The notes beneath the pieces were generated by a model. The model was not told the DNA's origin and did no database searches. It saw only the letters and a program-made list of their open reading frames with translations. Of a stretch of 64,000 bases of DNA, positions 36,903 to 48,639 are shown in pieces (position 1 is the stretch's first letter; each line of letters begins with the position of its first letter). Source of the DNA: Callorhinchus milii. Taxonomy: Eukaryota. The position numbers and the translations under genes are program-made. Location: assembly GCF_018977255.1 (NCBI RefSeq), contig NW_024704743.1, forward strand, positions 79,424,001 through 79,488,000. Reading direction: 5' to 3'.

Positions 36903-38361
36903 TTTCATAATCCTAGAAAGGGCCAATTTCACCTTGCATACAACCCCGGCCAACGCCAGCACACTGAGTACACACCGGGATTCAAACCTGTGAGCTCCCC
37001 GTCCTTAACCTGCAGCTCTATCCATGGCACCTTTGGGAGCACTTAACAGAACCTAGCTATTCTTGGGATCAAAAGAAATTCAGTAACCCAGTCTGAACCA
37101 ATTACATAACAAAAGCCATGGAACAAGCAGCTGTTATTTGTGGGTCACAGAGGAGCAGCTGCTTTCACTGATAGTTATTGCACATCACAGTTGGAAACAG
37201 GTTTGCACAAGACTGTGGTCCCGGGGCTGACCGTTGGATTATACAGCTGAACACATTGTACTTGAACTTGCTGTAAGATTCCTTTTTGACTTGGGAATTG
37301 TGGCTATTGGTGCTGGTGCCCACACCCCAGCCCTCACCCCCCACCCTGCAGTTTAGGCAATCTAACTTTAGGAGAAATGCAAGTTCATTTCTGAGAATGC
37401 TAGGAGGGACCACCTTTAAACAGACAAAACCACTTCCTTTTAAACGTTAACAGAATTAGAGGGGAGTCATGCTAGAGAGCTCAACCGCTGGCAGGGGGCC
37501 CAGGGGAGGAGATGTTGGGTCAACAAAGGACAATTTGGTAAATTCTTTTTGATTACAATCTTATACAGGGAGAGATGGCATGAAAGAAAATGCAGTTGCA
37601 CCAACAAGGCAGCGGGTTAAAAACGGAGCGTTCCAAACTGGAAGTGACTACTCTAAATGGACTCGTGGTTTGCAATCACGGCCTGCGCCTCGGTTCTGGC
37701 CATTTCTAAGCCGAGGACCAAGGCCCCAAAGGCCCTGCAAAAAGTTGGGAAGCGAAAAAAAAGTAACAGAATGGAAAGAAGCCTTTGACGCTGCTGCCGG
37801 TTTGGGGGGGGAGGTGGGGGGGTGGGGGGGAGGGTTTTATTTCAGAAAAATCGCAGTTGAATTTGACAAAGAGCGTTTCAATTTTAGCTACAGTGGCAGC
37901 TTTTGTTGACTGTTCCCCGAACTGGCACTGAAATGAGGGGCAGACGGCACCGCGACAGACAGTACAGTCACAAAGTTTCCCCCAATCAGCTCGGTGACTG
38001 TAGCGTGTGGGGGGGGGGGGGAAGAAATTGCATTTGGTACAATGCCTTCCACATTTGGAGAATGTGTCAAAGCACTTCACAGGAGTTTAGTGCAAAATAT
38101 AGTGGCTGTGTATTTTGTAAGAGAGCACGGCAGCCAATTTGTACACAGCGATGTCCCGAAACAACCATGAATTGACTGGCCAATTTTGTTATCAGTCCAC
38201 AGTGTTATGAAGTGCCATTTATTTCTAGCCGATCCTAAAGACAGGGAGTGTAACTGAACACTCCACGCTCCAGGAAACTACCCTGCGTGAATGGCGCTAT
38301 ATAAATATAAGTGCAAGTTGTTGTTTTTGTTGTCGAACACCCACTCCACCACATCAACATA

Positions 38362-38570
38362 TACAACAACAGCAACAACAACTTGCACTTATGTAGCGCC
38401 CTCCACGCAGGGTAGCATCTCAGAGCACTTAACAGTGGCGGAGCCTGACTCCGAGCTGGGGGATGTGGGTTGGGCGGAGGACTGTAAACACGGTTGAAGA
38501 GGAAGGTTTTCAAGCGGGATTTGAAAAAGGGGAGAGAGAGGACAAGGCAGAGGGATTGAGCGAGATTCAA
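38362..38570 (-). mobile_element. L2 3' end
   Basis: ACAACAACAGCAACAACAACTTGCACTTATGTAGCGCCC tail and FKSRLKTFLF. Confidence 0.85.
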
Positions 38571-38587
38571 GTCAGCTGTGTTAAACG

Positions 38588-39210
38588 TGTCCCCTGCCTC
38601 ACCCGCCCCACCATTGGCGGGCAGGCTTTCTGCCTCTGCCTCCACCCTCTGGAGTCCTGTACCTCAGTGGTTAGAGCACTTGTCTTGCAAGCGAGACACC
38701 TGAGTTCAATTCCAGGCAGGGCGAAACCTTGGGAAAGTTTCCTTACTCCACACGCCTAATAATAATCCCTCCTAAACAAAACAATAATAAATTGGTCATT
38801 TTCAATCTACGACTGTTTGTGGGACACTGCTGTGCGCAATTGGCTGCTGCGTCTCACCCACAAGTATACAGTCAATTCACTTTACAGCATATTCTGTGAA
38901 GCGCTTTGAGACGTCTAGAAGATGTGAAAAGCGCTATATCAAATGCAAGGATTATTATTGTTATTATTATTATTAATATTATTAATATTATAACTCCATC
39001 CCACATTTCCTCCACCTCGTCCCCTCCCTTGCCTTCTTCAAGACCCATCTCAAGACCTTCCTCTTCGATGATGCTTTCGATCACCCTCTTTTCCCCCCCC
39101 CGACCCCCACCCCCGCATTCCTGCTCGGGTCCGAAACACTGACTTCCAGAGCCATGGGACATCCTCCCGACATGAAATGCGCTGTACAAATATAAATTGT
39201 ATTGTGTTGC
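38588..39210 (+). mobile_element. L2 3' fragment split by a SINE (38651-38990)
   Basis: The L2 sequence CACCCTCTGGA|ACTCCATCCC rejoins across the SINE. Confidence 0.85.
38651..38990 (+). mobile_element. tRNA(Ala)-derived SINE, short variant
   Basis: GGAGTCCTGTACCTCAGTGGTTAGAGC head through the AAATGCAAGGATTATT tail. Confidence 0.9.
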
Positions 39211-40119
39211 TCCCTGAAGGAAGAAGGTGGAGTTTAGTTCTATGGCCAGTCTTTAGAAATGGCTTAAATTAAACATTTTGTAACACATCTGATGTGATCG
39301 ATTGTAATTACTCACGGAATTATTTCCCAATTTTTGTTTTTCCAAACTCTTTACTTCAGTTTCTCTCCTTTTAAAATGTCACAGAGTTACATGAATAATC
39401 ATGACATCTGTAATAATACAGCCACAACAATAATGTCAGAGGTGTAATTTTAATAATAATAATAATAATCCTTCTTGGATTGATATAATGGCCTCAAAGT
39501 ATTGATAGAATGCCTCAAAGTGCTTCACAGGTAACTTGCTGTCAACTGTAGTGACTAAGAAATACTTACATTTCAATTGTGTTCCATATGTACTTGCAAC
39601 GGATAAGTCAAGGCACTAGGGGGAGGGGGCAGACCGACAATATACAGTCAACCAAGCTAACTACAAAAACTAAAATTCAGTATACGTAAGTTCGGTCCTG
39701 TGTGTTGTAATGGGGAAATATAAACTCACACCTCTGCAGAAAAATCTTTCTAATCTGTAGCAAATCTAAATTTGAAGCGTCAGTACTTTTTTTTAATAAT
39801 AATAATCCTTGCATTTGATACAGCACCTTATTAAGTCTTCAAGACTATTCTTTCCCTAAGACTATCATTTATGTCTTTGTCATACCTCACATTGGGGTAA
39901 ACTTTATTCCATTTCGTAATACTTTCCCTCTGTTAATAGACGCACATACAAGGGTGGTGTTATGAGAAACCGCAAACTTTATCTTTAACACAGAGATATT
40001 CAAACCACATGACACGTTACCTTCAAGTTAATTCACATAATAAACATGTCATGTGTGATTTGCTGTCAGTGCACTGTGTTACATAACATTACATAGATTG
40101 TAAGCACAGAAACAGACAA

Positions 40120-40938
40120 AAGGCAAAGTACTGTAGATGCTCCACTGCACTCCTCTATTACCACTAAACCTGCTCCTCCTTCCCCTGGTACCTACCCATT
40201 TCAGTGCAGGAGATGCAGCACCTGCCCCTTCACCTGCTCTGATACCACTGTCCAGGGCCCCAAACACTGCTTCCGGGTAAGACAGTGATTTACATGTACT
40301 TTCACCAAAGTAGTATACTGTATTTGTCGCACACTCTGTGGTCTCCTCTACATCGGGGAGACCAAACGCAGGTTGGGTGATCGATTTGCCGAACATCTCT
40401 GTTCCATCTGCAAGTGCAACCCTGAGCTTCCGGTTGCTTGCCATTTTAGTTCTCCTTCCCACTCCCATTGTGATCTCTCTGTCCATGGCCTCCTACACTG
40501 ATCCAACAAAGTTCAACACCAAATCAAACACTTCATCCATCTCCTGGGCACTTTACAGCCTCTGGCTTCAACATTGATTTCAACCACTTCAGACCCTAAC
40601 CACAGCTCCCATCTTCTCTCAGACTTGCCTCCCCCACAACCCCCCCACCATCATTCATACGTTCTCTGGTTCTTGGATGCATCTGTTCATTCTATAACCC
40701 CCCATTTGCCTTTTGTCTTGCACCATCAACACTTCTAATCTTATCATCTTCTGTCCTCCATCTAAAATGTTTCCCTTTGTCTTTTTTTCCGCGCCCCCCT
40801 CTCTGTCTTTATATTCTGCTCCCTTCCAACATCCCCAAGTTCTGCCGAAAGATCATTGACCTGAAACGTAAACTCATTTTCCTCTCTCCATGAATGCTGC
40901 CTGATCTGCTGCGTGGTCCCAGCGACTTCTGTGTGTAT
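40120..40938 (+). mobile_element. Penelope-like element, 5' truncated, with GIY-YIG endonuclease remnant
   Basis: About 40310-40400 translates to VVYCICRTLCGLLYIGETKRRLGDRFAEHL. The element is flanked by a perfect 15-bp TSD CACAGAAACAGACAA (40105-40119 and 40939-40953). Confidence 0.9.
40838..40874 (+). ncRNA. Degenerate minimal hammerhead ribozyme in the PLE terminal repeat
   Basis: AGTT-CTGCCGA-A-AGATCATTGACCT-GAAA-CGTA-AACT. Stem I is AGTT/AACT, the CUGANGA core carries an A>C change, and stem II has one mismatch. Confidence 0.6.
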
Positions 40939-41334
40939 CACAGAAACAGACAAGTTGGCCCAACCACTCTGTGCTGCATTTTACATTCCGTAGGACCCCA
41001 CCTCTCCTAATCCCATTTCCTTTGCCACTATTCCCATCTTCCTCATGCATGCATTAAATGACACTGATATCCAAAACATAAATTACCCCCAATTATGAAC
41101 TGGATTTGTTGCCCTACTTGTGATTTCTGGTTTGCAAATAACAGATTATAAAATTTACTTCCGGTAAATGGTCTGAAAAAGGATATTGAGCTAAACATTG
41201 ACTGTTCTCCACTCACTGATGATTCATAGACCGCAAGTTTACAGTCCAATAATTGGCAACTACAATTTGGAATTAAAGCAACAATTCTAATCTCCATGAA
41301 ACTGAAAGTTTTTTTGCAAATTCCTGTTGTCACA

Positions 41335-41560
41335 AACACACACAAACCTTACATGGTCACTAACACTCACTCTAACCTCACACTGTCTCTAACAGGGTAC
41401 TAACCTGACGCTGTTAACACACTCTAACCTCACACTATCACGAACACACACTGCCACCTCACTCCGTTACTAACGCACACACTTACTTCATACTAACATA
41501 CACACTAACCTTAGACTCACTAACATAAACCCTAACCCCACACTGCCACTACTGTATATT
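41335..41560. repeat. Degenerate minisatellite, about 28-bp unit (CTAACCTCACACTGTCACTAACACACACT-like)
   Basis: Recurring CTAAC...CACAC units. Confidence 0.75.
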
Positions 41561-42104
41561 CTAACTCAGAAGATGAAACGTTAAACAAGGTCCAATCTAA
41601 CCATTTACAAGGAAGAAAGTGATTCCATGCCACTACTTGAAAGGGAAGGAAGTTTCTCTTGGTTTCAGTCCAGCAATTCTCCAGATAAATTAATCATTCA
41701 TTCCATGACCTAGAGCTATAATAATACAAAATAACAATCTCATTAAAATCAATGACATTTCTACATGGAGTATTTCAATGTGATATAACTTGGTATAGGA
41801 ACTCAGGATAACAGAAACCGGCGGAGGTCATTCAACTCATCGAGCCTGTTCCAGTATATTTCAAAGCAAAACAAAATGGCTTGAGTTTAACCACCCAACA
41901 AATATATTTATTGTCACTTTAAATTGTGAGAACATGTGAAAGTTGAAAGTCACGCGCTGCTTCTTCCAGCCGTATTAGGATAGAAGCAGCCACTTCTTGA
42001 AAGAAACAGTTTCCATGTGATGGTCAACTTCACTGGCTTAGGTGTGCTTGCTTATGGATGATTTTCTCATCTCATATTCTTTCCTATATCTTGGAAGAAT
42101 CGAA

Positions 42105-42660
42105 TAACCTAGCGAGAGCTCAGATCTGCTCGTCAAATTTCAAATGGCCGACTCGTGCCCATCCCCGGGGGTTGGGGTGGGTGTGGGGTAAACTCCTTGG
42201 AGCTTGGCAACGGAATGTTGGAATCCGGTCAAGCCTCTGTGCTGGTCTCAGTCATCACGTTCCTGAGTCAGGCGGGTCCGCAGTATTTAAAAGCACCGTT
42301 GATGACAGACTGTGAATGGGGATTCTTTACACTCAGCTCCTGTTAACCCTGCAAGCAAAAGTACTAACAGCTAGGGTAGCCCTGGTTGGACAAACAGTGA
42401 GAAGCTTCTCAGACAGTGCTTTCAATGGTAAGCTATAAGCTTTTACCTGGTTAAACTCCACGCACACTCTGGAGTCCCAAGCCTTGGCTCTTGCCAGCCT
42501 GCGGCTAATACTCTCTAGAATTAGGTAAGCAGGAAGCGTCTCTCCGGGGACAGAGTGCACATTCTATTCAGACACAGGAATTTTAATCTGTTTTAGTTAC
42601 TCTTAAATATGGTGATGTGTTTCCGCATCGCATGTGTTGGACACCTGGCTGGCCAAAAAT
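42105..42660 (+). repeat. Unclassified interspersed repeat, copy A
   Basis: Shares ordered blocks with 43495-46640 and 51800-51962, for example CAGGCGGGTC(C/T)GCAGT, CAATGG(T/C)AAGCTAT, GCACACTCTGG, GTAAGCAGG and GACACC(T/C)GGCTG followed by an A-rich end. Confidence 0.75.
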
Positions 42661-43731
42661 ATTCTGTTCAAAAATCCTTTATGTTGAAATTGGTCATTCA
42701 CTTTGCTATTTCTGGGACATTGCTGGGCACAAGTCAGCTCCTCTGTTTCCCTACAAATACCCGGTTATTACTCTTTACAGTAATTTCCCTGTGAGTCATT
42801 TCAATGTTATAAGCAAGCACTATGTCAGATGCAAGGATTAAAATTATGAGCACAAAACAGGATTTTTTTAGCATTAGCAAACAGTGCCTTAGACTCATAA
42901 AACCAAACAAATAAACAATTGTATAGCACAGAAGATGGCCAGTCAGCCCATTGTATCTGTGCTGTCTCTTTTAAAGAGCAATCCTATTAGGCTCATTTAC
43001 CTGCTGTTTCCCCATACCCCTGTAGTAACTCAAAACCCCAAATACAAAATGTTGCAAAGTAAAGGAAGGGGATATCATTTCAGAAAGACACAGTTATGTT
43101 ATGATTAATGCATGTATTCCAAATGGTAGCCTGCCTATTCTCATTGAGATGTTAATTGGCCTGTCATGTTCAAGTCCCCTCACATGAGGACCTGGATTAA
43201 TCAGCTGGTGCTGATCCAACTTCAGACTTGGACCTCAAGAACAAACTCAGGCTTGGGCCGATAGCTGCCGGCAGGGGTTAACTGGAGTCCCAGATCATGC
43301 AGATGTGTTCCTACATCCAGCCCTGGAATCCACTTTGATTTGCTTGCAGTGAAGCAAACATCTGCTGCTTAAACTCCGAACCTCTAATTGATGAAATCAT
43401 CTCTCAATGGGAAGGGACTTGGGTCTGAGCTGTGGACTAGAAGATGGTGGCAATGCTCTTATATATTTCATGCCCACTAGGAAGCTTGCAGGGAGTTCTA
43501 CCTAGTAAGGGCTCAAACCAGCACTTGGCAGATGTCAAATGAATAACTAGTAACTCTGCTCCTTGGGGGGTCTCCTTGAAACTGAATTGGCTCCAAGGTG
43601 ACGTGTTTGGCATCGGAATGCCAGAATCAAGCCAACCCTCTGTGGTGGTCTCGGTAGTCCAGGCGGGTCTGCAGTGTTCCAGGGCATACTGATGACAGCA
43701 CAGTCAGCCTGGCTCATCGGCAGGACTTAGT

Positions 43732-44066
43732 GGAGACCTGTAGCTCAGTGGTTAGAGCACTCGCTTTGCAAGCGAGAGACCTGAGTTCAATTCCAGGCAG
43801 GTCAGGGCGAAACCTTGGGCAAGTTTCCTTACTCCACACGCCTAATAATAATCCCTCCAAAAACCAAAAACAATAATAAATTGGTCATTTTCAATCTACG
43901 ACTGTTTGTGGGACATTGCTGTGCGCAATTGGCTGCCGCGTTCGCCCATAAATATACAGTCAATTCACTTTACAGTGAGTTCTGTGAAGCGCTTTGGGAC
44001 GTCCTCCCGACGTGAAAAGCGCTATATCAAATGCAAGGATTATTATTATTATTATTATTATTATTA
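43732..44066 (+). mobile_element. tRNA(Ala)-derived SINE, short variant, young
   Basis: Perfect anticodon arm CTCGC-TTTGCAA-GCGAG and a long pure (ATT)n tail. Confidence 0.92.
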
Positions 44067-44161
44067 GAAGGGCAGACCAGTCCCTGGGGCATGGACTCTT
44101 CCTACTCAGCTCCCATTAACCTGTAAGCCAAAGCCTTAACCAGTAGGATAGTCCTAGCTGG

Positions 44162-46315
44162 ACAACAACAACAACAAGATTACATTTGTTTAGTGTCTTT
44201 CACGTCGGGAGGACATCCCAAGGCACTGGACAGTGTACAGCATTTCAGACCTGAGCTGAAATGGGGGAGAAGGGAGGGGAGGGGTAGGGCGGTGGCCGAT
44301 GGCATGGTCGAAGTGGAGGTTTTTGAGGCGGGACTTGAAGGAGGCTAAGGAGGGGGCGAGGCGGAGTGATTGGGGAATGGAATTCCAGAGGTTGGGGGCA
44401 GAGTGGCTGAAGGCTCGGGTGACGTGGAGCAGGCCGGAGCCAGCTGAGCGGAGGGAGCGGATGGGTTGGTAGGGAGTTAGGAGGTCGCAGAGGTAGGGTG
44501 GGGGAGGCCATGAAGGTGAGGACTAGGATCTTGAACTGGATCCTCTGAAGGATAGGGAGCCAATGGCGAGAATGGGGGAGATGGGGTCACGGAGTTTGGT
44601 GCGGGAGAGGACACTGGCTGCAGCGTTCTGGATTATCTGCAGCCTGTGGAGGGAGGAGTTGGGAAGACTGACAAGCAGAGCATTTGCATAGTCGAGCCTG
44701 GAGGTGATGAAGACATGAACAGGAGTTTCACTGGCCTGAGGGGTGCTCGTGGCAGAGTCAGGCGATGTTACGAAGGTGAGGGAAGGCAGAGCGGGTTATG
44801 GCTTGGATGTGGGGAAGAAAACAGTTGAGGGTCGAACAAGACACCGAGGTTCCTGACTGGCTTGGTGAGTTGAAGTGTGCAACCATGGAGGTTGATGTTG
44901 CCAGAGCCTGAGGTGCTGAGGCGCTGGCGCGAGCCAATCAGGAGGGCCTCAGTCTTGTTCACATTCAACTGTAGGAAATTTGCCCTCATCCAGGACTTGA
45001 TGTCCGACAGGCAGTCTGTCAGGACAACAGTGGTCCTGGAGTTGAGGGTGGAGGCAGAAAGATAGAGTTGGGTGTCATCTGCATACATATGGAAGTTGAC
45101 CCCATTTCTGTGGATGATATCACCAAGGGGGAGCGTGTAGATATTAAAGAGGAGAGGGCCAAGGACAGAGCCCTGGGGGACGCCAGACGTGACAGCGTGG
45201 GGGCTGGAGAAGAAACCGTTGGAGGCAACAAAATGGAGATGGTGAGAGAGATAGTAATCGAACCAGGCAAGGGAAGGTCCGTGAAGATTAAGTAAAGAGG
45301 AGAGGCGGTGTATGAGGATGGAATGGTTGACAGTGTTGAAGGCGGCAGAGAGATCGAGGAGGACAAGAGGCAGAGGGAGCCCTGATCACAGATGTTCAGA
45401 ATGTCATTAGTGGCTTTGACCAGGGCTGTTTCCGTGCTATGGGCAGTGCGGAAGCCGATTGGAGGGGTTCAAAGATGGAATGGCGAGAGAGAAAGGAGCA
45501 GAGCTGGGACACGACGACTCATTCCAGGACCTTGGAGAGGAATGGGAGGTTAGAGATGGGGCGGTAGCTGGAGAGTAGGGATGGGTCCAGGGAAAGTTTT
45601 TNCAAGATGGGGTGATGACTCTGTTTTTAGTGGGGTGGGAACTGAACCGGTGGACAAGAAGAGGTTGATGACTTCAGACAGGAGAGGGGACAGAAGGTGG
45701 AGCTGAGAGATGAGGGGAGAGGTGGGGATGGGATCGAGGGAGCAGGTGGTGGGTTTCAGTTTGCGGACAGTCGTGGTGAGAAGGAGAGAGAGATAGGGTC
45801 GAACGAGTATAGGGGGGGATAGGTGGTGGGGGTGGATCGTGAGGAAGAGGTGATGTGGGGGTGGCTGTGGACGGGGCAAAGGTGGCTGAATGTATCCCAT
45901 CAATTTTGGATTCAAGGAAGTCCAGGATCTCCTCTCAGTTGGAGTTTGAGGAGAGGATGGGTGAGGCATGGGAAGGTGGACGGAGGAAATGGTTTGGGAG
46001 GAAAAGAAAAGCCTGGGGTTGTCCTTTGCCTCCAAGGTAACCTTGGAGTAGAAGGAGGATTTGGAGAGGCAAGAGCGCAGTGGTAGATCTTGGTGTGGTA
46101 AAGCTAAATCTGCTGATGGACCATTAGTTTGGATTTGGTCCAGGTATGTTCGGCAGCTCGCACTTGTGACTTGAGGGAACAGAGATGGCTGGTGTCAGGG
46201 GGATTTACGGAGTTATGAGGCAGTTCGGGAGGTGAGGGGGACAAGGGAGTCCAGAATGGAGGAGAGGGAGTTGTGGAGAAAGGAGAGTGAGGAGGGGAGA
46301 TCGGTCAGTAAGGGC
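44162..46315 (-). mobile_element. L2 LINE, about 2.1 kb, including the RT domain
   Basis: MYADDTQLYLS (44768-45088) and KPTTCSLDPIPT (45550-46035), with a (CAA)n tail at 44162. Confidence 0.95.
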
Positions 46316-47134
46316 CAGAGGTGAAAGCAGCGGGAAAGCTTACCAGGCAGTGCTCTCAATGGCAAGCTATGCATTTTTAGCAGGTTAGACTCCAGCAACA
46401 CTCAATGCACACTCTGGGGTCCCCCAAGTCTTGGCGCCTGCCGACCTGAACCTAATACTTTTCGGAATTAGTGTAAGCAGGACGTGTCCCTCCAGGGAGA
46501 GAGTGGCATTCCACTCCAATAAATATCTATGGGATTTCCATGTGTAGGTGAGAAGCATGGACATTCTCAGTTTGGTTTGGACACTCTTAAGGAGGGTGAT
46601 GGGTGTCCGCATGTGTCAGACACCCGGCTGACAAAAAAAATGTACTGCCACCATTATCTGGTTTTATTTCAATTTCTGAACAATTGGGGAATAGTTTATC
46701 TTGAGAATAAACACCAGCTTACAGTTGGAGTTGGTATTCTTGACTAGGGAGTGACACTGCTTGGCATCAAGGCATGCGCCTTAAAGATTCACAAGAAGCA
46801 ACCACTTCATGTTCTAGTAATTTGAACACAGATGTAATCAGGGTTGGCAGGCACTTCCTGGAACATGTTCTACCACATTCAAGTGCTTAGCTTGTACTGT
46901 TTCTCGGAATAAAAGTTTTTTAAAAAAATTCTGATATAACATGCATAACATTGTGGTTTACTGAACTCCAAAAAAAGACAGCTTCTCATGCAAGATCAGA
47001 TTGAAACGGTTGTTGCATGTTGGTTGGTCTTCTGGGAAAGATCAGGGACACCTTACAGGGAAATGCGCACTAAAATGTGACTGCTGTGAATGTATCTGAA
47101 ATGTATCTGAAGGAGGCCAAATCAGATAAATTCT

Positions 47135-47449
47135 GGAGTCCTGTGGCTCAGTGGTTAGAGCACTCGCCTTGCAAGCAAGACACCTGGGTTCAATTCCAGG
47201 CAGGGTGAAACCTTGGGTAAGTTTCCTTATTCCACACGCCTAATAATAATCTCCAAAAAAAACAATAATAAATTGTTCATTTTCAATCCACGACTGTTTG
47301 TGGGACACTGCTGTGCGCAATTGGCTGCCGCGTTTCGCCCACAAATATAAAGTCAATTCAATTTACAGCATATTCTATGAAGCACTTTGAGACATCTAGA
47401 AGACGTGAAAAGTGCTACATCAAAATGCAAGGATTATTATTATTATTAT
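47135..47449 (+). mobile_element. tRNA(Ala)-derived SINE, short variant
   Basis: GGAGTCCTGTGGCTCAGTGGTTAGAGCACTCGCCTTGCAAGC head and (ATT)n tail. Confidence 0.9.
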
Positions 47450-48169
47450 AAAATATTAGTGAGGTGGAGGCCTAGTGATTCGGTTTGGTAACCTCAGGAT
47501 TGAAATGTGTTGGGTTTGGCACTTTGTTTACTGGCATCAGGGGAAGCCAAACATAACTGCAGGTTGGCTTGAAAATTAACTGAAGAGGACTCAGTGATAT
47601 CACAAGCTGCAGAGGAGAAAAATACGATCAGGCCCCTGTTGTTGTGCAGAATAATTTGCATTATTTCTTAGATGTTTGCTCAATGAGAGATCTGAGATGT
47701 GAAAATGGGGATTTATTTCTGTAACCAGAGGTAAATCATGTTAACTCTTGTGACCAACATACTGACACAATCTACGCAGGTTGAAGGGAATTCCAACAGG
47801 ATTTCTTATAAAGGAATTCCATGATTAAATATCGGAAATTAGAGTTTTATATTTTGATCAGCTGCAGAATAAATTCCCATTGTTGTCAAAACTATTAATA
47901 AGGTCCCAGCAGCTAATTTAAAAAACATATTTTTCCTCCAATTTTATTCCTTCCTTTCCTGAAAATGATGATTTTACAAACACTGGTCATGGCCCTTAGC
48001 TTACTCAAGAGGGTAATCATGTGAGTCTAGGGAGTGAACGATGGAAAGATCAGTGATTGTGAGGTGCTGAGTTCAATTCTGAATTCTGTGCACTTTCCAA
48101 CAGAATAAATGATCAGGAATAGGCCCAGTGAAAAGGGACCAATACTACCCCATATGAAATTTGCCAACT

Positions 48170-48510
48170 TACAACAACAACAACAACTTAGATTTATATA
48201 GCGCCCTCCACGCCAGACGGCGTCTCAGAGTGTTTCACAGTAACGGATCCCAGGGCCGAGCCAGGGGGAGGAGGAGGAAGGTGACCAAAGGGCGAAGGGA
48301 GTGAGGAAGGGAATTCCAGAGCGTCGGGGTACAGTGGCTGAAGGCACTGCGCCGAGGGTGGAGCGGAGGACTCGGGGGATGAGGAGGAGGTCAGACCCGG
48401 AGGAACAAAGGCAACGGGTACTGTTTTGAGGAGAGTGGAGGTCAGAGAGGTAGGGGGTTGCAGAGGAGTGGAGGGATTTGAATACAAGGGTGATGGAACT
48501 CGCTCAGGCC
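48170..48510 (-). mobile_element. L2 3' fragment
   Basis: (CAA)n tail followed by an L2 C-terminal body. Confidence 0.85.
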
Positions 48511-48639
48511 AGTGAGATATTGCTGACGTGTGATTCAAGTACCTTCACCAATTGAACCATTAGGGAGCTATATTTTTTCTTACAATCTCCCCTTATAACA
48601 ATATATTGACATCCAACCAAGAATAGGTATCCTGCTGTC

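Larger units (their letters stand above)
43495..46640 (+). repeat. Unclassified repeat, copy B, split by a nested SINE and a nested L2
   Basis: Pieces 43495-43731, 44067-44162 and 46315-46640 are collinear with copy A. The copy ends GACACCCGGCTGACAAAAAAAA. Confidence 0.75.

Noticed and set aside
37174..37196. miR-32/miR-92-like sequence TATTGCACATCACAGTTGG
   Set aside because: Only the seed region matches, and I see no complementary arm forming a precursor hairpin.
37580..37909. 109-aa ATG-initiated ORF
   Set aside because: It runs through a G homopolymer tract and has no recognisable domain or splice context.
41335..41560. CRISPR-like or telomeric array
   Set aside because: The units are degenerate tandem repeats with no unique spacers and are not (TTAGGG)n. 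The context is eukaryotic.
43732..43810. tRNA-Ala(TGC) gene, and similar heads at 12084, 14027, 38651, 47135 and 60399
   Set aside because: The sequence is cloverleaf-like, but the acceptor stem is imperfect and lacks the G3:U70 Ala identity pair. Each head runs directly into a SINE body and tail.
45602..45602. Ambiguous base n inside the L2
   Set aside because: This is an assembly ambiguity, not biology.
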